DNA of 64,000 nucleotides from an uncultured Chloroflexia bacterium (GTDB lineage: Bacteria > Chloroflexota > Anaerolineae > CG2-30-64-16), in assembly GCA_963774265.1 (NCBI GenBank), contig CAVZDU010000001.1, forward strand, positions 1,056,001 through 1,120,000, written 5' to 3'. The translations under genes and the position numbers were made by a program. Positions 62,380 to 64,000 of the stretch are shown piece after piece. The notes beneath the pieces are model-generated. The model ran no database searches, was not told the origin of the DNA, and saw only the letters and a program-made list of their open reading frames with translations. Numbering within the stretch: the stretch's first letter is position 1; every line of letters begins with the position of its first letter.

Positions 62380-63114
62380 CTACGCGATGTCAGAGGTTTC
62401 ATCGTTCGCCGCGCCCGTCTCGCGGCGCACCGTCGGACGGCTCGAGGATGGTTCCCCTGTTGCCGCGATACGGCTGCGAAGGTCCTCGGCATGCCGCCGC
62501 AAGAAGGAGAGCAAGTAGACGAGACCACCCGCCAGCAGGAAGAGCATCACACCGATGCCCAGCGCGGGGGGTAGGAGCCCGGAGACAGGGATGAACACAA
62601 GGAACGCGATGGCGGTGGCCGGCCACAGCACATAAGACAGCCAACTCCACGCGGCCTGCCCGCTCCAGACAAAGAATGCGTGCGCCAGTCCGCCGAGCGC
62701 GGCAAAGAGCAGCGTCAGAGCCAAGGCAGTGTTGATGACCGGCGCAATGAAGACGGTGAGCGTGGCCAATCCACCCAGCAGCAGCAGATAAAGCGCGACC
62801 AGCAGGGCGGTGATGAGGAGATCGAGGCGCCGGCTCTGCAGGGCTAGTCTGAGTTGCGCGTCTACGTCGAGCACTTTGACGGACACCAGGGGGATCGCCA
62901 GATCGCGCAACCGGGCGAGTAGCCCGTATAAGGCCGCGTGGTCAGCCGCGCGGCCGCGTAAGGTAGACTCGCCCTTCGCCGCGGTGATGGTCAGGTCATC
63001 GAACCAGTCGGTCCACTGCCCGCTCGAGAGCCGGCCTTTGACGTGAATCTCGTAGAGAAAAGGCGGCTGGTCGAATGGTCGGCCATCCGGAATCATTGAT
63101 GGGTTCGTTTGCAT
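62380..63114 (-). CDS. ACT-like domain fused to about 4 TM helices
   Basis: YEIHVKG.....W.DWF...S.L.G...DHAALYGLL..LRDL...L.SV, then hydrophobic helices. Confidence 0.75.
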   Translation of the reverse strand: MQTNPSMIPDGRPFDQPPFLYEIHVKGRLSSGQWTDWFDDLTITAAKGESTLRGRAADHAALYGLLARLRDLAIPLVSVKVLDVDAQLRLALQSRRLDLLITALLVALYLLLLGGLATLTVFIAPVINTALALTLLFAALGGLAHAFFVWSGQAAWSWLSYVLWPATAIAFLVFIPVSGLLPPALGIGVMLFLLAGGLVYLLSFLRRHAEDLRSRIAATGEPSSSRPTVRRETGAANDETSDIA

Positions 63115-63379
63115 GGGCCTGGCTCCAGAGTCCTGTTCTCGCCAACCGTCGCGGCGGATGATCGGTGGTATTCGCAAGCCAAGTGCTGCGTGTACACTTA
63201 TTCTGTCATAGCGCAGGCCGTGTGGGATGCACCGAAAGGCGCATTTGGGGTTGCACTTGAGTCTGCTTCATGTGACCGCCTTCGATCGCAATTGTGATGC
63301 GCATGGGTCGACTCCTTCCCTCCGGAGCGGGCAGGAATCGCGTAGACTCCCGCCCGTGTGAGCGCAGGGGGGCCGAGAT

Positions 63380-64000
63380 CAGTCGGAGTGGAGATTGATG
63401 TAGCCCAGCGGTGCGCGCGCTGATCTCCTCAACCGGCATCACGTCGACCAGCCCGTACTCGCGCGAGCCCAGGCCCAACTTCTCGCCGTACTCGACGACC
63501 TTATAGGGGTCCTTGAGCGGGCCGTGCAGGTGCTGGAAAGGATGGTCCTCGGTATACCAGGGCTCCATCGAGAGCGGGACGTTCTCCTCGATCAGCTTGC
63601 TGCGGGCGATCATGTCGAGCGCAGCCTGACTCGATGGCCACGATGTCATCCGAGCCAAAAATGCCGACGTCGGGCAGGATCGGCAGACCGGTGAAACCGA
63701 AGCAGTCGCAGACCGGCGTCATGTGCGTGCCGATGCTGATGAAGGTTGTCTTGCCCGGCGCAAAGGTGGACAGGCTCAGGCTGACCGAGATGGCGCAGGC
63801 CTCCTGGAAGGCGTGGAAGTTGACCGGGTCGATCTTCCAGCGAGCCTTCCGGCGCCACCTGCAGGCAGCGGCCGCATTGGTTGCAGTTCTCGATGTGCAG
63901 GTGCAGGCCATCAGGGTTTTGCTTGTCCTGCACCACCGCGCCGTGCGGGCAGACGTCGATGATCGCTCGGCGGACCTGCGGGATCGGGGCACAGCTCGGG
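63380..64000 (-). CDS. DUF362-like Fe-S protein, C-terminal part (5'-truncated, frameshifted)
   Basis: CNQCGRC ferredoxin motif, TP.CDC, DVGIFGSDDIVAI, GLGSREY. Confidence 0.7.

Overview
GC-rich bacterial window, most consistent with Chloroflexota/Anaerolineae (inferred from gene content and protein families). Single-base frameshifts cluster in blocks and hit conserved genes such as pdhABC, so most are probably sequencing or assembly indels. Left to right: AbiEi/AbiEii type IV toxin-antitoxin pair; HisN-like phosphatase; two GGR-like flavoproteins and a B12 radical SAM enzyme; MFS and ChrB-domain genes; a MacAB-type exporter; a Zn-ribbon Gly-rich protein; OsmC; an SMPD2/ISC1-like phospholipase; pdhABC; DegV; a LacI-controlled operon with four UroD-superfamily paralogues, a rhamnose mutarotase, a creatininase-family enzyme and a sugar ABC importer; the hisZGDCBHAFE operon behind a His-His leader attenuator; and two MalT-like STAND-LuxR regulator modules with an intact ISAs1 element between them. 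Most notable non-obvious signals: (1) MalT-like regulators, each near a small ACT-like protein, with shared phased promoter boxes; (2) a ~210-nt structured RNA with its own promoter and terminator directly upstream of one regulator; (3) the his attenuator; (4) three families of short repeats, some inserted in-frame in His enzymes; (5) the four-UroD sugar operon. No CRISPR array, tRNA or rRNA was seen. All family assignments come from motif recognition; no database searches were run.
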